Notes under the pieces: generated by a model | The model's input: the letters and a program-made list of their open reading frames with translations, nothing else | Told to the model about the DNA's origin: nothing | Database searches by the model: none | Assembly: GCA_965285935.1 (NCBI GenBank) | Contig: OZ260664.1 | Location: 70,184,001-70,248,000 of the forward strand | Direction: 5' to 3' | Length of the DNA: 64,000 nucleotides | DNA from: Ophelia neglecta | Taxonomy: Eukaryota | Part shown: positions 1 through 13,844 of the stretch, piece after piece | Numbering within the stretch: position 1 is the stretch's first letter | How the letters are laid out: each line of letters starts with the position of its first letter | Program-made: the position numbers and the translations under genes

Positions 1-3000
1 TTTTATTCCATAAGAAGATAAAAATTTAAATTACACAAGCCTTCAAATATTCGTTTGAAGTGCAAGACGGGTTTTCGGCGTGGAACAAAAATTGCAGTTC
101 CTGATTGGCAGGATAAAATTGAAAGAACTTTCAATTTTTCATATTGGATGCCATGTCGCTTTGAAGCACCTTTATTGAGGGCCATCCACTCGCGATAGTT
201 GCTCTCTTTCTATAAGGCCCACTTGACTTGGTTTTTTCAATGGGAACTCGATATCAAGTGGAGGCTCTTGCGTTACCATAAGGTTCGTCACATAGGCAAA
301 GGGCAAGAAAATGTATGCCACTCGAATAAACGGAAAATATGGCTTTCGCAGTAAAAAATCCCAGAGAAAATTCAATGGTTCCCCACAATTTATTGTCGTG
401 TAGCCTATATTTCAATATTGTTTGGCCATATAAGGACACTGTCGATTACAGATACAGAGAAACGTTTGAAAATGTGTTCTGCAAAACGCAAGAACAGAAA
501 AGTGATATTGTCTAAAACCCTTACATCAGTTGACAGAATATAATCTAGGCCTATATTAGATGAATTCTGCCACGTATGCATTTATAAGATGACTGCTATG
601 TGTATCGTAGTGAATTCAAGTGAATTAACGAAGCTAGGACCATGCCGTATGTTAGTAAAGGCTTTTGATTTCGTTTTAACTTTATTAGTTTACTGGCATG
701 CGATGGACAACCTTTTGTCAGATTACACATTTAGCTGTCCGAACAAACTATCCCAATCTATCTGTTTAGCGTATGTTGATGTATGAAAGGTTCTTTGCCT
801 GTATAACGAATGGGATTATCCATAAAAAATTCTTTTCTCAAACTATGGAGTCAAACATTACGCAGGATTAAAGCATTAAATAAATATTGACTTCAATGCT
901 GCTGGACACTTGTGTGTTGTTTCCATGTCTATCACTTCAAACCTACATTCCACATTCCACGTTCTATTAGGAAATAAAGAGCAATGTGTCGACTTTTCTT
1001 TGCCTGCTTGACCTTAATTATTGTCTACGATAACATGTATTATATACGTATATGATTTGGAAAAAATAGGGTTTAAAACATAACCACTTAAAGAGAACAG
1101 GCGTTAAAAGCAAAATTGCTGTAAACAACTTCGAAGTCGTGAATATATCACATCTGTCTACAGCGGCTTTGTACATGTTGCGACACCTGTGGTAAGGATC
1201 AATTGCTGTCTCAGGGGAACAGACACGGCTTGAGAACCTGTCAGTGACAGACGTGCATACACCAGAGGCACCGTCGTAATTGCTAATGATGAGAAATCCA
1301 CCAGTTAAGATATACCTTCTAACAGCTTGGTTTGTGTGCTTGATTGATTTCGTGGATCAAGCACGTGGATCATCAAAATAAAAGAAAACCGTGGAATCGG
1401 ATACAAACAGCTTTGTAAGCCAATGGCGCGAACATTGACAAAAAACAAAGAAAAGGATGACAGTTCGTTATTATAAGACAATTGCTCGTTAAAGCAATTG
1501 ATATTTTGTATTAAAAATTAATATTGGTTCTGTGGCTACTGTAGGATTAACTAAAAAATATTGTCGCATACTTTTTAATTGTTGGTAATAACGTTACTAA
1601 CTGGGACCACTGGTTTCTTTGTAGATTATTGATTGTTTCAAGTAGGATATATACTAACGTTCAGACTATTCATGTTTCCGCCTAGAGGTGTCACTTATTT
1701 CATGTACATGTATATACACAGTGGTAGAATACATTTTCATTCTAGGTGATTTAATCGTATGTCCCTTGTTGGTTACAGATGTGTACGTTTTATGCAAGAT
1801 GGCTTGACGTTTCCTAGATATCTAAAACTAATTTAATTGGCAGGACACTTTATCTGAAGGCCCATTGATGCTTCGAGTAACGTTATTTGGATATTCAAAC
1901 CATCCTGACTACAGTTTCTTCCACCAGAGGTATTCCGCTCTTTACCGCATCTCCCTAAGCAAAGGTCTTAAAGTGAATCAGTTTGTCACAGCTTGCCACT
2001 CACGAGGTACCGGTTATCCGTGCGCACAATAGAAATCACAGATTAAATCTGAAATCGTTTCTAGGATAGGCCTACCTAACGTCGTCCAACATCACTGTCG
2101 GATGGAACAATGAGGGCCGTGTGCACCAATAAGATTAGGGGCGATGGCTTCTTGCTAGATTACAATTACATGACCGTTGTATCGCATTCCAAAGAGAACA
2201 ATGTTTTCTCTTACGTGAGGTATCCGACTCCCATGCGTCTTGTATGTGATGAGGAAAAAAACTAACAATAAGCAATATTCCGCGATTTCTGTTCCACCAT
2301 TTATAGGCACTGCTTTTATTAAAGTCTGCCTAGAACCCAAGTAGTGTTGTATTGCATAAAGCAATCCTACTGTCCCTTGCAAATTAATATGAAATTGATA
2401 GAGACACTTGTAAAGGCATACTCGTTTAAGCTGGTATTCCTTTTATTGACATATTGGTCGCTATAATATTCTAAACCGGGCCCCACCTCTAAAGTTGTCA
2501 ACGAGTGCAGTTCTACTATCTGGTGTAATAGCATACCTGAAATAAAGGAAATTACACAATTATATTACAGACTTCCATCTGCAATTTATGGAGTCTGTAG
2601 TGTAAAATTTGGTTGGCCAGTATTATCCGAGTTCCAATGCTGCTGAAACAAGTTAGATGCAGCGGTCAATTAAGGTGGAGAGTTTACGTATCGCGATGCT
2701 TTGTTCCCGTGTGGATATCACAGAGCCAGGGTGAATGGCGTCCACAAATTATACACGCAATCTAACATGAGCCGTTTCCCTGATAAATGCATTTAACCAG
2801 AAACTCAATCAAGATCTCAGCCTATCACGGAGTCGCATACCAACTGCACTCAAATAAGTTGGAACCATTGCCGTTAACGCTATATTACTGGTTGCAATGA
2901 AACTCTCCAATGAAAAGGCTATTTGTCGCCTAACAAAATTAAGCGGCAGAGCAAAATGTGATAAATGTGCGCATCGTATTATTTTCAAATAAGCTTCCCA

Positions 3001-4249
3001 TTTTCTACTGCACGACGTGCACTGTCAGCAGCTGTGATAAGAGACCCCTGTTATCACAGTGCTTAACGCGCGTTACTAAGTGGCCGTCGTCCAAATCTTG
3101 CTTGGAAAATGCCATCTGTGTTTAGCTGTTTATGGCCAGTTAGGCAACTCATAGTTTTCAGCAAAGCGTGGCTAGGGTAATCGGGTCGACTATTCTATGC
3201 GCATTAAATTCATTGTTTCTTCCGTGTTACCGTAATAGGCAACAGAAAAAGTTTCCGCGTTACCGTCATACCTTGAAATTCTATGTGACTTACCACAGGT
3301 CTAAATGGATATTTTAAAGCTAAACTAGTGTTTTTAAAACAGGATTGTTATAGTCATGCTTTGCTGAAAATCACCAGGTTCAAAGCTCGCGGCAAACACC
3401 TGAATTATAAAGCAAAATTAGTTCGACTGCAATTCTGAATGACGGTAACGTGCGCTACCTTCAGCGGATTAAGTAATGTGTTAAGAACTCTACTGATATT
3501 GTAACATGAATGTATGTATGTAGATATGTATCTATCCTGAATTTAACATGGATATTAAAACTAACATAGAAATCAGCATACGGGGTAAAAATATATGCAC
3601 TTGTTGTTAGAAAGCGTTAATGGTCTTCTACAATATATGTTTTGTTCTAACGTACACAATGGCAAACAGTTGCTTTCGTGTTATTCCAATTGAGTATCAA
3701 ATAAAATAATCATCTTATGTATAGTCCCTTTTATTTCCATAATAGGTTATTTACAGTTAAGGAACGGTGAATTGATGTTTGTAAGCCTGCATCTGACTTT
3801 TCTTGATGTTTTCTGATGGGATTAATGGACGTTTCTTGACGATTTTTTACCATTACTTATCAGTACTATCGAGCAGGCGCTTATGACCCGACACCATGGA
3901 TAAGACCTGTAGATCACACAAAACAATTACAGTCTTTTAGTCCGAAAGTCTTAAAATAGTAGCAAAATAATTAATCAAAAAAACTACACTGAAGACACGA
4001 AACATCAGCTTTAGTGAGAATCCCGTGGCTGCCGGCGGAATTTTTATAGGCCTCTAACTCATTAAGTCGGCTTTAAATAATATAAATCACACTACCCTCG
4101 GGGAAATAAAACGACCCGCTCTTGGCATGGGAACTTGAAGGAGAGACGATGGGTAATTCCGCAAATTTCGAAATCACAGTAGTTTATATCAATAAGCAAA
4201 TCCAATTGTTTGACTCTGGGTTTTGGGACTTTTCTAAACACAAAGTTGA

Positions 4250-4600
4250 CAAGATCTCCTTGTTAATTGTAGGTCCCCATTCATCAACCTTTGTACACAT
4301 TCCTGATTTTTTTTTTACAAAGTATTTATGGGCGCTATGAGTGTAATCCTAAACAAAATTACCCACAAATCAATGTCTGCCTTGTAGGCTACTTGTACAA
4401 TATGGGAGACAAAAACATTTTGACGGATCAGTTTCACAGAAGAACATTATGTGATCACTATAGCAAATTAAAAGTTTCTTCCAATGATGCCAGATTTGAA
4501 TGGCCCGTCTACCTGTTGGGGATGGCAACAGGCGGCTAAAATGGAAACCACTCCAAATCTGGAGTACATGCAGCAAAGTGCCAGCGCATAGTGGAAAGCA
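4250..4600 (+). mobile_element. Highly decayed CR1-like LINE ORF2 C-terminal remnant
   Basis: Frameshifted pieces KVSSNDARF and RLKWKPLQ resemble CR1 KVQRRAARF and LxWxPLxxRR in the expected order. Weak match. Confidence 0.25.
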
Positions 4601-6609
4601 TGGCTACGGTTGATATATAATTCAACAACAGCGTTATTGGAATTACCTAGTCCATTTACTAGATATTCCACATGTATTATTGGGTAAGATACAAAAGTAT
4701 GGCCCGGTAATGGCCACTGAAACACACATAATGTAAAAACCATTGCAAGCTATATGCACGGTGGTACATGTATATTTCTACAGCCGCCCTTTTGCTCAGA
4801 TTTTGATATAGAAAACCGCATTAGAACGTTCAAGATTTGAATTCATTGCCTGAATTGGATCTCGAGGTACGACGCATTTTTGTAGCTATTCTCCAGAATC
4901 TTAAAAGGGCTTGTTTCACACTCTGATAAACTCTTCCTTGCGGGTGGGGTCTGAATTGAATGAAATGAAAGTGGGCGGAATCTGTTGCCGTCTTTGACGT
5001 GACCTCAAATAAAAGCCTCAGTCATATGTTTAATCTGCTTGATTAAGCCCATTGGATAAAGACTTTAAAGTTGAAAATAAGTGATTGGTGAATGTACAGG
5101 AGATTGGGACCGGTGACAGTCTTTATTGTTTTACAGCTCTAAAAGAGATGAAGGGGCAATTGAATGGCGATTTTAAAATCAGTATAAGTATACAAAAAAA
5201 AAATCGTATATTGTGATACCGACCTTACTTTACAAAAAAACTACGTTACCTTACCAGACCTAGACACGATAGCTACTTCAAGTATGTATTTTAATAATAT
5301 TCTTGGGCAGCCTTGACAAACTAGACGAGGTAGACTACCAGGTCTTGGGTGATTCCTCTTACCATTCCCCCGAATATATAATTGAGAGCAACAAATATGA
5401 CAATTCACCGATGGTCACTGTCCTTGCATTATTTACATTTTGAACTTGTCTTATAATCAACACAACGCCATCATTGTTTCTGTACTTCTTTTGAATAACT
5501 CCACACACATGGCAGCCGAGAGGCACAAAGCACAATTAGATATAAAACCCTTAGGCCTATAAACAATTACAATGGTACAGATGATGTTGGCACACCTATA
5601 GATAAAAAGACTAAAGCGTTAATTTTTCACCATGGAAGATGGAAGAAGAAGCTATGTCTTAGGACGTAACTACTGTCCATTTTCGTTGGCTCCACTAGGG
5701 TCCCAAAGGGAGATCATTTGCTATTATAGATATATCACTGGAGGAGGATCCTGCTCCTGTATTTATTCTAAGCCGTTGCCTTTGCACAGATTCAAGGTCA
5801 TTTCATTGCTCCCTCGTAAGGCCAAGGTGTCACATCTGGCAGGCATATCCCAAAACTGAAAGCATAATTAAGATATAAAAAAAATTCCTTAGTTGGCATC
5901 CAGCTTCTGTCGAGCTGTTTTTAAATGTAAAACGTTGATCACTTTTATTCAATTCCGTTCTAAAATACATAAATAAGATTGTTGATTAAGACACATGGAA
6001 AAACAAAAGCTCTTTCCTTGTGATTTAATGAATGGTCTCTGAGTAATGATTCTGGATGGTCTGCGGGTTAATTTTTTTACCTAAATAAAGCCAGTCCTTG
6101 ATATTCTGGATTTTTAATGGCTTGATATGGATAGACTCGCCAGAGGGTAAATTCTTACACCAACTAAACGCTACAATTTTAATTCGGATGATTGGTTTAA
6201 TCAACGTTTACGGTGAATTGTGAACACCATCAAACTCTCTGCATCGTCAACTTCCGGCAAACAGATACTTTATGGTTATAATACTAATAAATAGCCGCAT
6301 TATTAAAAGCCATCTTCACTTCAAATTATGTCCTTTCGGCTGCTTGTCTTATTGTAATAGCAATCTGAGAAATGAACCTTGTCAAGACCTCATTGCCGTA
6401 AGACAGAATTCGAATTATTGGCTGTGTCTAGGGACGATGGCACTTCATTCACATGCTCCATCGGAATTCAATGTCATGTATGCATTCAAGACTTAAGAAG
6501 AAACGTTTAGGCACTAGGTCTGCGAGCGACATGATGGCAGAAACATAGCATTGAGTGGCAACCAACATTCCTATGGACATTTGGGATAAATAAACGATAC
6601 AATACTTTA

Positions 6610-6775
6610 AACGGTTTTTCTTTGGTTAAAATCTCAGTACGGTTGATTCTGTAATTGGTACATTTGCCAATGGCAAGAAATAGCGGCGAGAACCCCCAGT
6701 GGAGTGCGTGTTTCTCTTATCCCGTCAAATTAAATGAGTAATTGAGCGATCACTAAATGAAATAACCGCGATAAA
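6610..6775 (+). repeat. Dispersed ~165-bp repeat, copy 1 (inverted partner at 21275-21440)
   Basis: Core TGCGTGTTTCTCTTATCCCGTC (6705-6726) matches the reverse complement of 21321-21342 at 21/22. Flanks also align (GAGAACC, GAGCGAT, TAAATGAAATA, TTCTGTAAT). Confidence 0.8.
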
Positions 6776-6989
6776 GCACAATTCAGCCACGGCAATACTG
6801 AGGCCATCAGAGCATCAAGTTGAATATCATGGAGTAATAAGTGTTGTGTTTTGGTACGACTTTTAATAGCAAAACCTATACCCCCATAAAAATAAAACAT
6901 ACACACTAATGGCTACAAATGGGGAGAGTCCTGTTTTAGCCTTAGGTTTGGTCAAAGGAGCCCTAGGGTAGCTGCCAATCATACTCTCC

Positions 6990-7320
6990 GCTCAGTACTG
7001 TCTACCGGCTTTGACGCCGTATCAGCTAACAAGAATAAGCTATGCGCTTACTTTTGAAGGTTCATTTCCCATCGCTTGGGTACACTCACGATTAAGACGA
7101 TCGAGTGATCTGCTGCTCGTTGCTAGGAGATCATTTGCCTTTTTAATGACAAATTTTGTTTGATTGCCTAATCCTTGGCAACTTCGTAAATGTTTATACC
7201 AACCACAGGGATCATCACACTTTACAGAGGCTCTCTGGCAATGACGCACTACAGTTTCAAACGATGCCGTAGTCAAAGCATTGGGACGCCCAAAAGTCGA
7301 TTCCAGCTTTTTACGGGCCA
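6990..7320 (-). mobile_element. BEL/Pao LTR-retrotransposon gag relic
   Basis: ORF 7040-7321 reads ARKKLESTFGRP...VKCDDPCG...LRSCQG...LDRL. After a frameshift it continues KRWE and LLADTASKPV. This resembles the BEL/Pao gag pattern ARxxLxxxFGxP...KxxDxxGL...LRSC...LxxLP...W...AxDPV. Confidence 0.45.
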
Positions 7321-8294
7321 AATAATAAAGAATACACCGGTCTAAGCCGGTGTGTCAATTATCTGAGGTTCCTTTTGTGGACTAGGGGCAAACGGGTTCA
7401 CTTCATAAACGTAGCGGTAGTAGTGGTGACATTGGTCTAAACTGTGATAACTAAATAAAATGATTTTTTCGTTTACGGCCAGTTCTCAATAAGTGGCCAG
7501 AAAATGAAGTCAGCAAGGGCAACTATTTTTTTGTGAGCTATAAAAAGCAAAGAGACAGTATAACCGATCAAGAAAAACAGCAAGAATTATAACATGCTGG
7601 AAAAAATCTGTCCAATGTACAGCAGCAAGTTCTCTTTTTAAAAAATTTCACGTTCCAGTTAACACTGATTTGTAAACTAGGCTAAGAACACACGAAAAGA
7701 ACATTGGGATAATTCTTATTTAGAAGCCACCTTCAATTTTGGGCAAAACAATATGGCCGCTTTGGGATATAGGCACTAAAGCATAAAGGGAACGGAACGC
7801 CCTTCATTCAATGGCAGCCTAGTGTCGAAATAAAGAGCACGTCAAGAGTTTATTTCCACAAGACACTTCTTTGAAGCAATTTAGCAAGCACCATAACTGT
7901 GGATTTACATGGATGTATATGATAAAAAGCTTTCGCCAATATGACAGCATATTGAACATATATTGTAGATTGAAGGCATTGTTCCTTGCCAAACAGTGGG
8001 ATGGCAGAAACGGTCACGTTGGTTTCCCGTTTTCTACTTGACCAATTTGATTTCGAACTGATAATGTATTGCGTTTTCCGGCAAATCCTGTTAGGCCCCG
8101 CCGTGGGAGGTCACCTGCCCCGAGGATGACTTTAGCCTCTCTCGGGTCGGCAATCAGTTGATGATAAGTTGCAAAACCATTCCTTTAACTGGATATTGTA
8201 TACAGATGCACAGTGGCTAAAACTTCGAATACCCTAGTTTGGTCTTCATTGCTGACTAAAGGTAGCCAATCCTATTTATAAAGTAAGTAGTAAT

Positions 8295-8355
8295 GCTTAC
8301 CTGAACTCGATGCTGTTGCACAGTTGACTATGATGAACACATTCGTGTTATATAG
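8295..8355 (-). promoter_or_regulatory. Possible TATA box plus very short exon with splice donor
   Basis: Minus strand has CTATATAA (8355-8348) followed about 47 nt later by CAG|GTAAGC (exon end 8301). Motif evidence only. Confidence 0.2.
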
Positions 8356-9184
8356 GCCTACCCAAACAATGTCCATACCAGAACCATTTATCCGCACTTT
8401 ACAACTTATCGTGGTCGGCACGTGTATACACGTATTAACGCTACTGATAAATCGTTCATATTCATGGTGCGTGTCATAAATGTTGACAAATGCATGTAGG
8501 GAACTAAAATATAGAACTTTTTAGCAGCACAAATAATACAGTCGATAAACATAAATTTGCGTTAGTTATTGTCCATTGCATCCTCGCCCATACTTTGTGA
8601 AAAAAAGACTGCAGTGGATACGAAGCATAGACTCCTATTTTTTTCTGAGATTGAGTAGATCTTAGAAGGGCCTATTAGGCTCGGCATAAAAAGAAGACCC
8701 ATCACTTATATATATATATAAGATAGCATATAAGCTGTTCACAATCACAGCTATGATAATGCACTTATTCATAGTTTTAATTCCAAATTCTAATTCTAAG
8801 CGATTATTGATTGTTTATTTGGCACATCATATCCTTAGGAAAAAGCAGTGTTTTTTGTTGATATTTTAATTATAAGTGCGACTAAGGAAGATACATAAAC
8901 TGTAACTTTTGTGATCATACAAAAACCAGGGATCTTTTCAACTATCATGTTTATACCATATATGGGCACCCGTAGCCCTCTACAGGGTAACCTGAACAAA
9001 AAACTACTTATAGTAAGCCGAGTAGTGCAGCAGTAAATATAATAAAACATGGAAGAGTAATAATAAAGCCTTGATAGTCATAATAAGCCTGGAAAAAGCC
9101 AGTACATAAAGCCTGGAGAAAACTTATTTCAAAACTTCTCATATACAATCAGACTCATTCGCACTGTGAATTCCATAGGCCTAT

Positions 9185-9272
9185 ATATTTGTATGTATTC
9201 AGTGTGTCAATCGTTTTTTTTATCATTCATTAACATTTGTTATATTGTGGATAAATGAAAGCCATTATGCTT
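9185..9272 (+). repeat. 88-bp direct repeat, copy 1
   Basis: ATATTTGTATGTATTCAGTGTGTCAAT...GAAAGCCATTATGCTT recurs at 11014-11101 with only a handful of differences. Confidence 0.92.
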
Positions 9273-11013
9273 TAAACCCTTTTTCATAAATACTATCACA
9301 ATGATTAAAATTTGTTGCTTAGCTGTTGATAACGAATGTTTTCATTGTGAATACCCGTTTAAGCAGACAAAATAATCTGCAGTGAGTAGTGCTGTAAAAC
9401 AAAGTCAAATGCATGTTTGGCATTAAGCTGCCTATCGTGGAATTCGTTATTTGTCCTTTTTAGTGTCAAACATAATTTTACGAGGGTTTTTACGTTGATA
9501 ATTTGAGCAAAATGCAGAAATGGCATTGATTTGCTTTCAACAGAATTGTCTTAATGGCCACTAGATTAACTAATAAATGCCTCAAAAAACGCCCAATATG
9601 TGGACTCACGTGTTTAGTTTGTAGTGGGTGGCAACCGGAACGTTATTTGATGTCCCATTTGTCTAATTATGTCAATACTTTTGGCTATTATACTTGTTTT
9701 ATATGAAACTTATGTGCAAGCATGTTTTCAGATAAATCTAATGATAATGCCGGTCTGTCGTTTATATTCATTTTGTCAATAAGTGGTCTTATCATTTGCC
9801 AATAAAGCGGTAATTAAGTACATCCCTGTGTCTGATGTAACGTATTGAGTTCACATTAGGAAATTATTATGTCACATATATATGCACACTGATTTTGCGA
9901 TAAAGGTCTATACGATGGCTATTTGAATAACAAAAAGTTTTATGTTTATCATTTAAATATTGTGAAAATGATAAAGTAATTAACGGAACTGGTCATCAAA
10001 ATTGCTGAATAACAATAAGGGCCGACGAAACATAGTGCAATATTTTACTGCATAGGTGTTAAAATACTAGCAAATAGATCCTCCTCATGAACAGTCTAAC
10101 AGAGAGTCCCCGATCGTATATGGACCCTCTTTAAGCCAAGGCCAGTCACATTTAAGGGTCTCAAGAAGGCCAATGTTTTTTGATATCTTACTATTATGTG
10201 GAATGTGGATGTGACCGACACAAGTTGCCACGAGATAATGTGTTTTTTGTCTTTAAGGAGATTTATCTTTAAATGAAATTATAATGAGGTTAAATTGTTT
10301 CAAATGCCAATACCTCTAGAGATCTTTATTGTTTGTGGTATTGTTTAGAATTTCTACTCTTTGCCATTCTAATAATTAATGTTAGGCCTTTTGCCAGACT
10401 GTTAGATAGCTTTGCTGATGTCTGCCAGTATAAAATTAGGTTACGGTCTTTTCAGATGTTTTTCTCGGGGAGGCAAGGTAGGCAATCCATAACTGTACGC
10501 ATCCCCCTCCGGACATAACTGCTTTAAATAGCATACTTCCCAAACCATTGAGACAAATAAAAGAAAAACACCCCCACGTACAGACGGATTAGAAAAACCC
10601 AAGCTCCAAGGACAGATGCTTGAAAAGACTTGAAATTGTTCTGCCGTCTGATTGGACTTTCATCCACCTTTATTCAAATATCAATGGACCTTACGATGGG
10701 AGGGCGGCTTTTGGCCTTGAACGTATAAAGCTTTGTACCTTACTACAACGATGGTACAATCAGAAATTTACTCCAAAAAACGACCTTTTTCATTGCTCTA
10801 AGTGAGAAGTTCGCAACAGAGATGAAATATGCCCCAGGAGAGTATTTGATGGTGTAGGCTCTCTCATAATTTTACAGAATACAGACGAAATTATCTGAAT
10901 TAAAGCAACAATAAGACCGAGGTCTTCATGATGTTGGAAAAGGTCCTCCTTACTGATTTATGAAATCCACATAGCTTTGAGATCTGAGTTACGTACGACA
11001 GCAGTGCAGATCG

Positions 11014-11101
11014 ATATTTGTATGTATTCAGTGTGTCAATTGTTTTTTTTATCTTTCATTAACATTTGTTATATTGTGGAAAAATGAAAGCGATTATGCT
11101 T
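11014..11101 (+). repeat. 88-bp direct repeat, copy 2
   Basis: Near-identical to 9185-9272. Confidence 0.92.
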
Positions 11102-13844
11102 GATAAGCTTCTGTAAGCAGTGCTGAAAGATCTTTTGTGGTGCATTATTTCGATCCTGCTTTGAGCACTTACATAATTTTGGTCTTATTCCAGGAAGATC
11201 TAGACAAGAAGATTCAAAACTGTTAGTTGCTAACGTTAGGAACCTTTTTATAAAATACTGTTCGACATGTCCGGAATTCATCGCTCACGATAGAAGCGAT
11301 TTATCACAGGAGAGCAGCAGAGGTTGTCACCTTGTCAATGAATGTCGAAAAATACAATGGCGGCAATGATTGATTGAGGAATATATAACGGTCGCGTGGA
11401 ATATATTAATATGGAATAAACGGATAGAATATACTACATGACCTACAAGCTACGTTTGCTCATAGCAGAACATTCTCGTAGGCTGGTCGATGTCGATTAT
11501 TGGAAAACTTATTTCGAGGTACCACCGATGTGATTTCAACTACTAAGCATTCCGGCTAGTATCTGTTTGAATTAAGTAACATTAGGACATGTGTGATGGG
11601 TCGAGATGAACTGTTAATACAAACACCCAAGTAAATCTCCATAATAATTTCTAACCACGACAGGACTGTGATAAGTTGGCCTCAAGATATCACTTCGGGG
11701 CCCGATCTCGCCTCGGGCTCAACAAATTGCGATTCCTTCAGCAAATGGTGAATGATTATTGCCAGTGGACTATTAATTGTCTCATCTTTGATCTGTGTGG
11801 TAAACTGCCGTGTCTTGGGACTGTAGATGTCAGATCGCTGTCGTTAGTCACGTTTAACCATTGACCTCGGGTAAATTATGAGATTGTTCCCAAGTCGAGT
11901 GTCATAAACAGCGGCTGTCAGATCGTCTTCCGGGGTACCAACACATTCTAAATTGTCCGTTTTATAAAGGCGAACTTTCATATTTTTTAACTGCTTTTTG
12001 CAAGCTCTGAGCAATTTGGCTTGTAAATTGTTATTTCATTCTTTTCATAATCTATCATAATTCCAGAATTATGGGAAACTAAGATTCCACTTGAAAAAGG
12101 CTGGCGGGCGCAGAAAATGGTGCTTTCACCATAAAACTTGTCTTTTCTTTTTTCAACTTAAACGCCATGTGTGTTGTAGTTTACGATCTGAGCGCAATAG
12201 ACAGAATGCTTGATAGCGGGTGGCGAAGAACATGAGGAGGATGTTGTAACGGGCCGCTTCCACGCTCCAAAGTGTCATTAAGTATTGACACAGAGGTGGG
12301 AGAATAAATTTCGCATGGATTGACTAGGTGAATAAATAGTTTTTAGTTTTGATTGTCGTTACGGCTGTGAATACTATAGGTTTTAATAATTTCAAACTTC
12401 GAGTTGAAAGACGCCCCTCCCTTCCTCACCGGACAAAACCTATTTATACCTTAAGCGCAAAGCAACTCGCCAGCCAGCACTAATGTACTTTGGTAAATCT
12501 TGCTTCATGTATCTGTCCTATTTAATAGTAAATATCACATAGCCACAGCCGAAATCCTTGCAACATAAATGCAACTTGACATATATGAATAGTGACAATA
12601 CATCAATTAACAAGACAACAAATATTTCAATTCAACATTATTTCTAGCTAAATGGTCCTAATATGCGGCAGACATCCTAAAACTAGTATATGAGAAAAAC
12701 GCAAGAAAACCTCATCTGGGACTATAAGCTCCAATACCACCTCACCTTCTAGTATTCTATGAGACCTTTGTGGACAGCGGTCGAACCGTCCAGCTATTCG
12801 ATTAATCCCAGAAATTAACTGAAACATGAGCCACTGATCTAATCCGATTTGTACATCCAGTTTCTAGTGGGGCGGCATGAAGATTATTCTTGTGGACCGC
12901 CGATAAACGATTAGTGTCCAGTGAGTAGATGTACTATTGATCGCTTTTCTGTTTAGCCTGTCATGTTCTCGTTTTTATATAAAATATTAGCAAGGATACT
13001 TCACCTTGTTCACTGCTGATCTTTGTCATATGGAACAACGATTGCACACTTTGGCGCAGCCTACATTGCATAGAAAGTTACCACAAAGTCTGTGTCTTTA
13101 TGCCACAAGACAATTAAAACATCGTTATTTAGTTTCATTTACAACTGATGTTATACATATGTATAGGCCTATATATCCATACTATATATCCATACAGCGA
13201 AAATTGTTTTTTTGTGCTATAATTTCATCTTTGCTTTACATTGGAATTTTATGATTCACATTCGCTGCTAGCTAACTAATCTCGATTAGCTTTTGCTTTC
13301 TTATTATGATAAGTAGTCATCTCCGTTCTGTGTAAAAACAGGCGAGGATATTACTGGTTTAGTAATTAGAAAAAAAATGTATTAGAATCGAAATAGCCTG
13401 CGTCTTCATTTGCCCCTATTAGAGCTTGACATGTTTAGACGTGCTTAACGTTGATTGATTGCAAAGCACTGTTGAATTGAAAGAACTGCAGATCGTTTAC
13501 ACGTTGGCATAGCTCTCTAAACTTTAAAATTGCTTTCAAATCTCATAATATTAAATTGCGTTGTTCGCAAAAAGGCGCCTTTCAAGGCAGTCTACAGTTC
13601 ACCTCAAGGTACCAGTGTTACCTGCAATATGAATCGACGCGATACGGTTTCCTGAGTGCAGGAAATGGTTTGGCATTGATAACAGACAGTGGAAAGTATA
13701 CTTTTTCTTTCTAACGCCACGTTGCGTAGGAATCTTTAACAAAAAGGCTTAATGCTTTCCTCTAAAACATAAATATGTAACGATATATTGCAAGGCACCT
13801 CTGTTGAAAAGGAAAGCAACCGTAGTGTCGTCGGCTTAATTTTA

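Noticed and set aside
13503-13515. GTTGGCATAGCT matching the 3' half of miR-31
   Set aside because: The seed region is absent and there is no precursor hairpin.
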